Positions 1-9,418 of a stretch of DNA of 64,000 nucleotides are shown piece by piece; the first letter of the stretch is position 1, and each line of letters begins with the position of its first letter. Position numbers and translations under genes: made by a program. The stretch spans positions 1,668,981-1,732,980 of the forward strand of contig CP065012.1 of NCBI GenBank assembly GCA_016699815.1. Reading direction: 5' to 3'. The notes under the pieces were generated by a model. The model saw only the letters and a list, made by a program, of their open reading frames with translations. It did not search any database and had not been told where the DNA came from. This DNA comes from Chitinophagaceae bacterium. GTDB lineage: Bacteria > Bacteroidota > Bacteroidia > Chitinophagales > Chitinophagaceae.

Positions 1-648
1 CAACCTTCATCCGACACAATTGGCAATGCATTTAAATGGCCGGCAATTTTAGTTTCCTATTTATTTCACCCGGTTTTGGTACCTCTTTATTGCATTGCTT
101 TTATAGTGTACATACACCCTTCTTATTTTACCGGCTTTTCCGGTAAAGAGAAAATTTATACCCTACTTATAAGTGCAGTAAACCTGGTTTTTTTTCCACT
201 GCTTACTGTATTGCTTCTAAAGGCGCTGGGCTTTATCAGTTCCATTTACATGCATAGTAAAAAAGACCGCATCATCCCATATATTGCCTGCAGCATATTT
301 TATTTTTGGGCCTACCTTGTGTTTCGCAACCAAACAATGTATCCGCTTATTTTACCCACTTTTATTTTTGGGATGTTTTTATCGGTTAATGCCGGGCTTA
401 TTGCCAATATTTATTTTAAAATAAGCATGCATGCGCTGGGCATGGGTGGATGGCTGGGCCTGTTTTTGGTAATTACTCTTTCTCAAACAATGCTCATTAC
501 CGGTTTTTTGTGTTTGGTAATTTTAGCTTGCGGTATAGTAGGTACTTCAAGAATGCTGCTAAGTAGCCATTCTCCAGGAGAAATTTACAGTGGCTTTTTT
601 TGGGGCATGATGGGGCAATTTGTAGCAGCAATTTTTTTAATGGGATAA
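1..648 (+). CDS. Conserved Bacteroidota multi-pass membrane protein, 5'-partial (PAP2-like C-terminal region possible)
   Basis: Frame is open from base 1 (QPSSDTIGNAFKWPAILVSYLFHPVLVPLY...), so the true start is upstream of the window. About 6 hydrophobic segments; SYLFHP and KISMHALGMGG motifs. Confidence 0.7.
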   Translation, partial: QPSSDTIGNAFKWPAILVSYLFHPVLVPLYCIAFIVYIHPSYFTGFSGKEKIYTLLISAVNLVFFPLLTVLLLKALGFISSIYMHSKKDRIIPYIACSIFYFWAYLVFRNQTMYPLILPTFIFGMFLSVNAGLIANIYFKISMHALGMGGWLGLFLVITLSQTMLITGFLCLVILACGIVGTSRMLLSSHSPGEIYSGFFWGMMGQFVAAIFLMG

Positions 649-762
649 AATCTCCTTCCTGAGCATGAATTGCTAAACCCTTTCATTTATTTTTATTATT
701 TTTTTAACCACGGGGCTGTAATGCTGCTCAGTAATAATAGCTAAGCAGGGTATAGAAAAAAT

Positions 763-792
763 GAGGAAGCCCCGTCCAATACCGGGGCCCTC
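763..792 (-). terminator. Intrinsic terminator-like hairpin
   Basis: Minus strand GAGG-GCCCCG-gtattgga-CGGGGC-tt-CCTC followed by ATTTTTT. Confidence 0.55.
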
Positions 793-1112
793 GTGTCCTG
801 TATGCCTAACAAAAAAATATGGTGTACAGTAAAAAATACCACTGTAAAAATTATTTTATAAAACCAACAAAAGAATAGATTAATGTGTATGAAATACAAC
901 CGGTAAGCATAGTTGCATTTCGTAAGGTTAAGGTGTTTTCTTCTTCTGGTTTTTCATGGCAAATTATTGCCGTATATATTAAGCGTTTTTTGGTAAAAAA
1001 TATTGTGAATAAAAACGCAATAGAAAACATATTTTTTATTACAATGTTTTTTTCGTAATACTACTTTCAAAAAAGAAGAAAAAATTGGAAACGCAATAAG
1101 TAAATCTACTAA

Positions 1113-2333
1113 TTATAATACTGCCTGGGGTTTATGCAACGTACGAAACGTAACAATCACACTAACCAACATCAGTAATGCGCCAAGCAAAAATGATACA
1201 CCTGAAAAATGAAAAGGAGTTGATGGCTTGGTAAAATAAGCAAATAAGCCGGTCATTAATGGTGGTCCAACAATTGAGGTTAGGCTCATAATACCGGTAA
1301 GCGCCCCCTGTATTTCGCCCTGTTCATTATTGGGTACTTTTGATGCAATAATGGATTGCAGCGCAGGGCCGGCAATACCACCCATGCAATATGGAATTAA
1401 AAATAAAAACATCATCCATCCCTGTGTGGCAAAAGCAAATAAAAATAATCCAAAGCTGTAAAAAGACAACCCGATATAAACGCTTTTTTCACTGCCCAAT
1501 TTTGGATGCGTAAACCTTACAAGTACACCTTGAACCAATGCAACCAATAAGCCCACAACACCAAGTGATATGCCAATGGTTTTCTCCGACCAGTGAAATT
1601 TTTCTATGGTAAAATAACTCCAGTTACTTTGAACGGCATGTGCAGCAAGATATATTAATACAAATGCACCCACTAGGCCGCCCAGTTCGGGATGCCTTTT
1701 GAGTTCAAGTAAAGATTTTCCGGGTACCATGGATTTGGGATTAAATTGCCTCCTGTTTTCTATTGGCAAAGATTCTGGCAGGATAAAATATCCGTAAAGC
1801 CAGTTTAAAAAACTTAGGATTGCCGCCGCCATAAAAGGAACCCTCGGCCCAAAAGAGCCCAGCAAACCACCAATTACCGGCCCAAGTATAAAGCCTAATC
1901 CAAAAGCAGCGCCAATTATCCCAAAATTTTTTGCTCTTGTTTCTACATTACTTATATCTGCTATATAAGCAGTGGCCGTAGTAAAACTTGCGCCGGTAAT
2001 ACCACTAATTGCACGGCCAATAAATAACCAAAAAAGCGTTGGCGCAAAAGATAAAAACAAATAATCTATCGCTGCGCCAAATAATGCAAAAAGCAATACC
2101 GGCCTCCTGCCAAATTTATCACTCAGGGCCCCCAGCATAGGAGCAAATAAAAACTGCATTATGGCATAAGTAAACGTTAACCAGCCACCATACTTGGCAG
2201 CATGGCTTATACCTTCACCCGTAAGCTCTTCCAAAAGTTTTGGCATTACCGGAATAATTAAACCTATACCGGTAATGTCAATTAAAAGGGTAATAAAAAT
2301 AAAACCAATAGCAGCCTGTTTTTTAGATGCCAT
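1113..2333 (-). CDS. TCR/Tet-family MFS transporter (drug:H+ antiporter DHA1-like)
   Basis: 406 aa, about 12 TM segments; MFS motif A (GALSDKFGRRPVLL) and antiporter motif C (GFILGPVIGGLLG). Confidence 0.9.
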   Translation of the reverse strand: MASKKQAAIGFIFITLLIDITGIGLIIPVMPKLLEELTGEGISHAAKYGGWLTFTYAIMQFLFAPMLGALSDKFGRRPVLLFALFGAAIDYLFLSFAPTLFWLFIGRAISGITGASFTTATAYIADISNVETRAKNFGIIGAAFGLGFILGPVIGGLLGSFGPRVPFMAAAILSFLNWLYGYFILPESLPIENRRQFNPKSMVPGKSLLELKRHPELGGLVGAFVLIYLAAHAVQSNWSYFTIEKFHWSEKTIGISLGVVGLLVALVQGVLVRFTHPKLGSEKSVYIGLSFYSFGLFLFAFATQGWMMFLFLIPYCMGGIAGPALQSIIASKVPNNEQGEIQGALTGIMSLTSIVGPPLMTGLFAYFTKPSTPFHFSGVSFLLGALLMLVSVIVTFRTLHKPQAVL

Positions 2334-2376
2334 ATAAAGTTGAATCTGTTAAGGGGAGCATTTAGTATTTCAATTA

Positions 2377-2739
2377 TCAGGGAGTAAATGTTATAGAGCC
2401 AATAGTTGCGGGCCTTTCTGTACAATGAAACTCCAGATTGCCGTCAATATCTTTTTTTAAAGTAAAAAATTTTCCGGAGTTTACAATCACCGAATCAAAA
2501 AATGCGCTGTTGTGGGATACTAATTTTCGGGAAGCAGAAGTATTGTTCACAAATACTATTGTTGTGCCGGCAACCGTAGTAAGCGAAGCCGGAGAAAACG
2601 TACTGTCCCTAATGTCTATATATTTGGCAGGCAGGTTGCCGCCAGGCAAATCGGTAATTTCTTTTTCTTTGTTACAGGAGGTGAGCAACAGTATATAAGC
2701 TATGAAAAAAAATACTAATGCTGGGACTTGCCTTTTCAT
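2377..2739 (-). CDS. Lipoprotein with degenerate cupredoxin/plastocyanin-like domain
   Basis: Lipobox LLTS-C; IDIRDSTFSPASLTTVAGTTIVFVN and FHCTERPATIGSITF follow the cupredoxin pattern. Confidence 0.65.
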   Translation of the reverse strand: MKRQVPALVFFFIAYILLLTSCNKEKEITDLPGGNLPAKYIDIRDSTFSPASLTTVAGTTIVFVNNTSASRKLVSHNSAFFDSVIVNSGKFFTLKKDIDGNLEFHCTERPATIGSITFTP

Positions 2740-2817
2740 TTTGCTGTTAAAATTGGGTATGTAAGATAATAAAAAAATGAAGAGCAGATTAATTACCTGT
2801 AAAAATCTATTTTAAAT

Positions 2818-2825
2818 TAACTTTG
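2818..2825 (+). promoter_or_regulatory. Bacteroidota sigma-A -7 element (TAACTTTG) upstream of uvrD
   Basis: Exact TAnnTTTG match, 4 nt before the ATG at 2830. Confidence 0.55.
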
Positions 2826-2829
2826 TTGT

Positions 2830-5163
2830 ATGCTTAATTATCTTCAGGGGCTCAATGAAATGCAGCAAAAAGCCGTACTTCATAAAGATGGCCCGTTAAT
2901 GATTATTGCCGGCGCAGGCAGCGGCAAAACCAAAGTGCTTACTACCCGTATTACACACCTTATGGCAGCACACAATGTAGATGCCTTTAATATACTTGCC
3001 CTTACGTTTACCAATAAGGCAGCCGCCGAAATGAAAGAACGTATTGCACATATTTTGGGAAATACCGAAGCCAGGAATTTATATATTGGTACCTTTCATA
3101 GTGTATTTGCAAGAATTTTAAGAACAGAAGCACCTAAAATTGGGTACCCCAATAATTTTACCATTTATGATACCGAAGATGCAAAAAGCGTTATTAAAAC
3201 CGTTATTAATGAATTAAATTTAGACGATAAGCAATATAAACCCAATACGGTGTATAGCCGTATTTCCGCTGCAAAAAATGCATTGGTAGGCCCCGCAGAT
3301 TATGCCAATGATTACCATTTGCAGCAGGAAGACGCTAAGGCAAACCGACCCATGCTGGGACAAATTTTTGTAGCCTACGCCAACCGTTGTTTTAAAAACG
3401 GCGCTATGGATTTTGACGACCTGCTCATAAAAATGTATGAATTGCTCAAAAATTACCCCGATGCATTAAGCAAATACCAGCGTAAATTTAAATACATTTT
3501 AATTGATGAGTACCAGGATACCAACCCTGCACAGTATGAAATAATAAAACTGCTGGGCGCAATGCACGAAAACGTATGCGTAGTAGGCGATGATGCTCAA
3601 AGTATTTATAGTTTTCGTGGCGCCACTATAGAAAACATCCTCCAGTTTAAAAAAGATTATGACGATGTGGCAATAGTAAAGTTGGAACAAAACTACCGCA
3701 GCACAAAAAATATATTGCATATTGCCAACCAGGTAATCGGTAATAATAAAGGGCAAATTGAAAAAGTTTTATTTACCGATAATGCCGAAGGCGAAAAAAT
3801 AAAACTGGTACGCACACTTACCGATAACGAGGAAGGAAAAATGGTAGCCGATACCATACAGGAACAAAGGCTGCGTTACCATTTGGCCAATAAAGATTTT
3901 GCCATACTTTACCGCACCAATGCACAAAGCCGGAGTTTTGAAGAAGCGCTTCGCCGCATGGGCATTCCTTATCGTATTTATGGCGGTATAAGTTTTTACC
4001 AGAGAAAAGAAATAAAAGATTTACTTGCCTACTTGCGCTTTATTGTTAATACCAATGATGATGAAGCGTTAAAACGCATAATTAATTATCCCGCCAGGGG
4101 AATTGGAAAAACCAGCATGGAAAAAGTGGCTTTGTATGCCAATGAAAAAAATATCCACATGTGGGAAGTGCTATGCAATGCCGCAATGTTTGGCTTTAAA
4201 AGCGGTGCACTGGAGAGCATTGACAATTTTGTTATCACAATTAAAATGTTTCAAAGTGAGTTAACAAAACAAAATGCCTACGACCTGGCAGTACTTGTGG
4301 GCAAACACAGCAATATTGTAAAAGAATTATTTAATGATAAAACTACCGAAGGCCTTGCCCGTTACGAAAACGTACAGGAATTACTCAACTCCATAAAAGA
4401 GTTTATAGAAACGCCATTGAATGAAGAAGATGGAGAAGTGGGGGATAAAGGCCTGGGTACTTATTTGCAACAAATTTCTTTGCTTACCGATGCAGATGCA
4501 GATTCGGATGAAAATGCAGATACCGTAAAGCTCATGACCATACACGCTGCAAAAGGCCTGGAGTTTACTATGGTATTTGTGGCAGGCCTGGAAGAAACAT
4601 TGTTTCCCAATGCCATGAGCATCAATACACGTGAAGAACTTGAAGAAGAAAGAAGGTTGTTTTATGTTGCAATTACCAGGGCAAAAGCCAAATTGGTTTT
4701 AAGTTATGCCAATGCCCGTTACCGCTTTGGGCAATTGCAGCAAAATGATTCCAGCAGGTTTTTGGAAGAAATACCGGAGGAATATATAGAGCGAAGTTAT
4801 GCAGGGCAGGCAGCCCGTAATAATGGCAATAACTGGCAGCAGGGTACGGCTTTTGAACGCATGAACCGTGGCTTTGGAAATAATAATTTTTCTGCTTCAA
4901 ATTCATCCGAAAAAAAGAAGCCCTCTTATCTAACTCCTCCTCCAAGGCCGGCAATAAAAGAGCATGTGCCCAGCAATAATTTTGAAGCAAGTAATACAGC
5001 TTTGTTGCAGGCCGGCCAAAGGGTTGAACACCAAAAATTTGGGTTTGGCCAAATTGTAACTATGGAAGGAGCTTCACACAATCCCATTGCTACCATTCAT
5101 TTTGAACAAAACGGGGAGAAAAAAATAATGCTCAATTATGCTAAGTTGAGAATTGTAGAATGA
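2830..5163 (+). CDS. pcrA: ATP-dependent DNA helicase UvrD/PcrA
   Basis: Walker A AGAGSGKT, LTFTNKAA, DEYQD, VGDDAQSIYSFRGA, LMTIHAAKGLEF, EERRLFYVAITRA; C-terminal Tudor-like GQRVEHQKFGFG. Confidence 0.95.
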   Translation: MLNYLQGLNEMQQKAVLHKDGPLMIIAGAGSGKTKVLTTRITHLMAAHNVDAFNILALTFTNKAAAEMKERIAHILGNTEARNLYIGTFHSVFARILRTEAPKIGYPNNFTIYDTEDAKSVIKTVINELNLDDKQYKPNTVYSRISAAKNALVGPADYANDYHLQQEDAKANRPMLGQIFVAYANRCFKNGAMDFDDLLIKMYELLKNYPDALSKYQRKFKYILIDEYQDTNPAQYEIIKLLGAMHENVCVVGDDAQSIYSFRGATIENILQFKKDYDDVAIVKLEQNYRSTKNILHIANQVIGNNKGQIEKVLFTDNAEGEKIKLVRTLTDNEEGKMVADTIQEQRLRYHLANKDFAILYRTNAQSRSFEEALRRMGIPYRIYGGISFYQRKEIKDLLAYLRFIVNTNDDEALKRIINYPARGIGKTSMEKVALYANEKNIHMWEVLCNAAMFGFKSGALESIDNFVITIKMFQSELTKQNAYDLAVLVGKHSNIVKELFNDKTTEGLARYENVQELLNSIKEFIETPLNEEDGEVGDKGLGTYLQQISLLTDADADSDENADTVKLMTIHAAKGLEFTMVFVAGLEETLFPNAMSINTREELEEERRLFYVAITRAKAKLVLSYANARYRFGQLQQNDSSRFLEEIPEEYIERSYAGQAARNNGNNWQQGTAFERMNRGFGNNNFSASNSSEKKKPSYLTPPPRPAIKEHVPSNNFEASNTALLQAGQRVEHQKFGFGQIVTMEGASHNPIATIHFEQNGEKKIMLNYAKLRIVE

Positions 5164-5195
5164 TTTTACAGGCAGTAGATTTTAATAATTTAGAA

Positions 5196-6131
5196 ATGAA
5201 AAAACTTTTTGTAACCCTTCTGCTTTTTACTTTTTTTATTGCAGTACAGGCACAAGTTACCGATGAAATAATTACCTTATCTACCCCTACCGGGGATTTA
5301 AAAGGCACCCTTGTATTGCCCAATTATGGGAAACATTTTAACCTGGTTATTCTTCAACCGGGCAGCGGGCCTACAGACAGAAACGGGAACAACCCAATGG
5401 GAATAAAAGCAAACAGTTACCGGCTGCTTGCAGAAGCGCTGGCAAAAAAAAATATTGCCACACTGCTTATGGATAAAAGAGGAATTGCCGCTAGCGCCCT
5501 TGCAGCAAAGTCGGAAGCAGACCTGCGCTTTGATGATTATATTAACGACCTGGAAGGCTGGGCAGATTGGATGAAGAAAGATAAACGATTTAAAAAAATA
5601 ACTTTAGCCGGGCATAGCGAAGGCTCATTAATTGCCATGGTTGCAGCACAAAAAATAAGTATTGATAATTATATTTCAATTTCCGGCATCTCCCAACCCA
5701 TTGAAAATATTATAACCTGGCAAATATCCCAGCAGGCGCCAAAGCTTGCACCTATTGTAGATTCTTTGTTTTTAAGGTTAAAGTTGGGTGAAAAACTCGA
5801 TTCCGTTCCACCTTATCTTTTTTCTGTACTCAGGCCTTCTGTTCAGCCTTATATGGCTTCCTGGATGAAGTATAACCCCTGCAATGAAATTAAAAAACTT
5901 ACCCTGCCTGTGTTAATTATTCAGGGAACAACCGATATACAGGTTAAAACAGAAGAAGCCGAAAAACTGCATGAATGCAATCCCCAAACCTCCTTAATAA
6001 TTATTGCCGGTATGAACCATATTTTAAAAAAAGCGCCGGAAGACAGAACCCAGAATATGCAAACCTACTCCGATGAAAAATTGCCGGTAATGCCGGAGCT
6101 GGTTAATGCTATAGCCGATTTTATAAAATAA
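5196..6131 (+). CDS. Secreted alpha/beta hydrolase (serine esterase/peptidase)
   Basis: Signal peptide MKKLFVTLLLFTFFIAVQA from the ATG at 5196; GSGPTDRNGN, nucleophile GHSEG, GTTDIQV, MNHILK. Confidence 0.85.
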   Translation: MKKLFVTLLLFTFFIAVQAQVTDEIITLSTPTGDLKGTLVLPNYGKHFNLVILQPGSGPTDRNGNNPMGIKANSYRLLAEALAKKNIATLLMDKRGIAASALAAKSEADLRFDDYINDLEGWADWMKKDKRFKKITLAGHSEGSLIAMVAAQKISIDNYISISGISQPIENIITWQISQQAPKLAPIVDSLFLRLKLGEKLDSVPPYLFSVLRPSVQPYMASWMKYNPCNEIKKLTLPVLIIQGTTDIQVKTEEAEKLHECNPQTSLIIIAGMNHILKKAPEDRTQNMQTYSDEKLPVMPELVNAIADFIK

Positions 6132-6155
6132 GTAAAACCAGGTAAACAAATTTAT

Positions 6156-6752
6156 ATCAACTATCTTGCCCACGCATATCTTTCCTTTAATCATCCTGCC
6201 ATTTTAACCGGCAATATGATTAGCGATTTTGTGAAGGGAAAAGCAAAAGAAAATTTTCCTGCAGCGATACAAAAAGGGATAATGCTGCACCGGGCAATTG
6301 ATAACTTTACGGATAAGCATGAAGCAACTGCTGCTGTAAAAAAATTGTTCCGTCCGGATTACCGCCTGTATTCAGGCGCATTTACCGATGTGGTTTATGA
6401 TTATTTCCTGGCCAATGATAGGCAGGAATTTTCTTCTGCCGAAGCATTAATGCAGTTTTCGCAAAATACTTTTGATTTGCTGGAAAAGCAACAGCAATGG
6501 TTTGCGCCACGCTTTGCTGCTATGTTTCCGTATATGAAAAGCCAAAACTGGCTTTATCATTACCAATACGATGAAGGCATTCAAAAAAGTATGGAAGGCC
6601 TCCGGAGACGGGCGTTGTATATAAAAGAAACCCAAACAGCGTACCAGGTTTTTTTAGCTAATAAAGTGGTAATCAAAAAAGAATATGACCTGTTTTTTCC
6701 CCAATTAAAGCAATATACCGCTGATTTGCTATACAATTTATTGGCATATTGA
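6156..6752 (+). CDS. acpH: Acyl carrier protein phosphodiesterase (AcpH/DUF479) with non-canonical ATC start
   Basis: Frame extends upstream of the ORF-track start as (I)NYLAHAYLSF...GNMISDFVKG...GIMLHRAIDNFTD...FTDVVYDYFLA, the AcpH signature. Confidence 0.8.
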   Translation: MNYLAHAYLSFNHPAILTGNMISDFVKGKAKENFPAAIQKGIMLHRAIDNFTDKHEATAAVKKLFRPDYRLYSGAFTDVVYDYFLANDRQEFSSAEALMQFSQNTFDLLEKQQQWFAPRFAAMFPYMKSQNWLYHYQYDEGIQKSMEGLRRRALYIKETQTAYQVFLANKVVIKKEYDLFFPQLKQYTADLLYNLLAY

Positions 6753-6805
6753 TTGATTATCTTTGAAAAGTATTTTTATTGTTCAATTTTTATGGATTAA
6801 AAATT

Positions 6806-7450
6806 ATGCGGCTTTTTCTTAAAAATTTTTCCCTGGGTTTAATTGCTGTGATTGCATTAAACGCATGCAAACAAAAAGCAAATAATTCTGGCAATTCCCC
6901 CAGGGCCGATTCTGCCCAGGTGGTTCAAAAAAATCCCTATAGTAGTTTAGATCTGTCGCCGATGGATATGATTTATTATCCCGCCAATTATCCTTTGCTA
7001 AAAATGACCAACACCGATAGCTTGCCCCTAATTGCAAGGGTTATCTATAGCCGTCCGCATAAAAAAGGGAGAGAAATTTTTAGCAACAACCCTAAAAGCC
7101 TCTGCCCTTATGGCAAGGCCTGGAGGCTTGGCGCAAATGAAGCAACCGAAATTGAATTTTTCACCAACGTTTTTATTGCAGGCAAAAATATTCCAAGGGG
7201 CGAGTATGTACTTTACTGCATTCCCTACAGCGACCATTGGACCATAGTATTTAATACACAACTGCATAGCTGGGGTTTGCATATTGAAGAAGCGAAAGAT
7301 ATTTTTAGAACAGAAATCCCGGTAACCGTTCAAAATCCGCCCATTGAAGATTTTACAATGCTTTTTAAACAAGCCGGTTATGGTGCAGACCTGCTTATGG
7401 CCTGGGATAGCGTAAAGGCAGTTTTGCCCATAAAGTTTTCAATACCTTAG
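6806..7450 (+). CDS. DUF2911-family lipoprotein
   Basis: Lipobox LNA-C; LSPMD, RVIYSRPHKKGR, YGKAWRLGANEATEI, GEYVLYCIP, WTIVFN motifs. Start placed at ATG 6806. Confidence 0.75.
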   Translation: MRLFLKNFSLGLIAVIALNACKQKANNSGNSPRADSAQVVQKNPYSSLDLSPMDMIYYPANYPLLKMTNTDSLPLIARVIYSRPHKKGREIFSNNPKSLCPYGKAWRLGANEATEIEFFTNVFIAGKNIPRGEYVLYCIPYSDHWTIVFNTQLHSWGLHIEEAKDIFRTEIPVTVQNPPIEDFTMLFKQAGYGADLLMAWDSVKAVLPIKFSIP

Positions 7451-7505
7451 TTTTCTTTTTTACGGCATTATGTTTTATTGCAAAATGGTTAATTAACTTT
7501 ACGCC

Positions 7506-9371
7506 ATGTGTGGCATAGCTGGTATTTTATCTCCCAATCATTCTGCAATCAGCAATACTGTTTTGCAAAAAATGGCTCATGTACTCAGGCACCGTGGCCC
7601 CGATGGCGAAGGTATTTGGATAAATGAAAAAATAAATATAGGATTTGCCCACCGCAGGCTGGCTATTATTGACCTTTCGCCTGCAGCAGCGCAGCCCATG
7701 CATTATATGAACCGGTACAGCATTGTGTACAATGGCGAAATATATAATTATAAAGAATTAAAAAAAGACCTTCAAAAAGCTGGTTATAGTTTTAAATCGC
7801 AAAGCGATACCGAGGTAATTTTAGCCGCTTACGATTGCTACCGGGAGCGCTGCCTTCAATATTTTGACGGCATGTTTGCCTTTGCCCTTTGGGATGAAAA
7901 GCAACAAACTTTGTGTATTGCCAGGGACAGATTTGGAGAAAAGCCATTTTACTTTCATTCCAGCAATAACGTATTTTATTTTGCCAGCGAAATGAAGGCC
8001 TTTTGGGCTTTGGGTATTGAAAGGGCGCCCGAAAAAAAAATGCTGCTCAATTATCTTTCTTTGGGCAATGTGCAAAACCCTTCCAACAAACAAGCTACAT
8101 TTTATAAAGAGATACTATCCTTGCCCCCGGCACATTATGCACTTATTCCTCTGCAAACAATGCAGGTGAACTTAAAACAATATTGGGATATTGATAAACA
8201 GTTTACCCAAAAATTCCACGAAGATGCAGTGCTTCACCGGCTGGAGCTGTTACTCAAAACTTCTGTTGAACGCAGGCTCAGGAGCGATGTGGCTTTGGGA
8301 AGCAGTTTAAGTGGCGGTATTGATAGCAGCGCCATTGCCTGGTATGTGCACAATATTATCCATAATATTACAGGCCCGGTAAATTTTAAAACTTTTACCG
8401 CTGTATTTCCGGGTTTTGAAAAAGATGAAAGCCTGTTTGCCAAAGAAGTTTCGGATAACCTTTCTTTTCAAAATTATAATGTTACGCCCAGGGCCGATGA
8501 ACTGGCCGCTGACCTTAAAACCATATTTTATTACCAGGAAGAGCCCTTTCCATCCTCCAGCATTTTTGCCCAATACAAGCTGTATGAACTGGCTAAAAAC
8601 CAGGGTGTAAAAGTGTTGCTTGACGGGCAAGGTGCCGATGAGATTTTAGCAGGCTACAATCGTTACCTGCATTGGTATATTCAAGAGCTGCTGTGTAATT
8701 ACCAAATACGGCTTGCCTTTAAAGAAAAAAACGAGTTAAAGAAAAATTATAAAGGTCTTCAATGGGGAATAAAAAATATTGCCGCTGCATTTTTCCCCTC
8801 TCATGTTGCCATTGCTTTGGAAAAAAGGGAGTACAATAAAATTGTTTCTAATCATGATATTGACCCCGGGTTTATGCAATGTGTAATTGGCAGGGAATGG
8901 GATGGTATCCATAAACCCATTATCACCAAGTTAAATGATATTTTATATTTTAGCAGCATGCAAATGGGTTTGGAAGAACTGCTGCGCTATGCCGACAGGA
9001 ACAGCATGGCACATGGTGTGGAAGTAAGGTTGCCTTTTTTAAATGCCGAGCTGGTACAATTTATTTTTTCCCTTTCTTCATCGCAAAAAATTAAAAACGG
9101 GTTTAATAAATGGCCATTGCGAAAACTTTTAAACAATAAGTTGCCCGCTTCTATTGTATGGCGAAAAGAGAAAATTGGGTTTGAGCCACCTCAAAAGCAA
9201 TGGATGAACTCAGATGCATTCAGGAACTATCTTTTTGATGCCAAGAAAATACTTATTGCAGAAAAAATACTGCGTCCGGCTGTATTAAAGAAGCAACAGC
9301 AAAGCCTCGATGCATTTGAAGCCAACAATACCGATTGGCGATATGCCTGTGCCGCACAAATGTTTTATTAA
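7506..9371 (+). CDS. asnB: Asparagine synthetase (glutamine-hydrolysing)
   Basis: Ntn N-terminus MCGIAG, HRGPDGEG, HRRLAIID, YNGEIYN, RDRFGEKP, LSGGIDSS, GQGADE, EVRLPFL. Confidence 0.9.
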   Translation: MCGIAGILSPNHSAISNTVLQKMAHVLRHRGPDGEGIWINEKINIGFAHRRLAIIDLSPAAAQPMHYMNRYSIVYNGEIYNYKELKKDLQKAGYSFKSQSDTEVILAAYDCYRERCLQYFDGMFAFALWDEKQQTLCIARDRFGEKPFYFHSSNNVFYFASEMKAFWALGIERAPEKKMLLNYLSLGNVQNPSNKQATFYKEILSLPPAHYALIPLQTMQVNLKQYWDIDKQFTQKFHEDAVLHRLELLLKTSVERRLRSDVALGSSLSGGIDSSAIAWYVHNIIHNITGPVNFKTFTAVFPGFEKDESLFAKEVSDNLSFQNYNVTPRADELAADLKTIFYYQEEPFPSSSIFAQYKLYELAKNQGVKVLLDGQGADEILAGYNRYLHWYIQELLCNYQIRLAFKEKNELKKNYKGLQWGIKNIAAAFFPSHVAIALEKREYNKIVSNHDIDPGFMQCVIGREWDGIHKPIITKLNDILYFSSMQMGLEELLRYADRNSMAHGVEVRLPFLNAELVQFIFSLSSSQKIKNGFNKWPLRKLLNNKLPASIVWRKEKIGFEPPQKQWMNSDAFRNYLFDAKKILIAEKILRPAVLKKQQQSLDAFEANNTDWRYACAAQMFY

Positions 9372-9418
9372 TTCTATCCTTTAATCTTTAAATTTGCGCA
9401 ATAAAAAAACTTTACAAT

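Noticed and set aside
763-792. GAGGAAG motif as RNase P RNA or another housekeeping RNA
   Set aside because: Lacks the GAGGAAAGUCC core and the 3' partner sequence; better explained as a terminator.
1113-2333. Possible acquired tetA resistance gene
   Set aside because: No tetR, IS or integrase nearby, and composition looks like the neighbours; treated as a native DHA1-type transporter of unknown substrate.
5196-6752. Stop-codon read-through fusing the hydrolase to AcpH
   Set aside because: Same frame, but the stop is TAA with no recoding signal seen, and the hydrolase signal peptide would export an enzyme whose substrate is cytoplasmic.
7506-9371. AsnB as a lasso-peptide cyclase or part of a polysaccharide locus
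   Set aside because: Glutaminase domain with Cys2 is intact, and there is no precursor, B protein or glycosyltransferase cluster adjacent.
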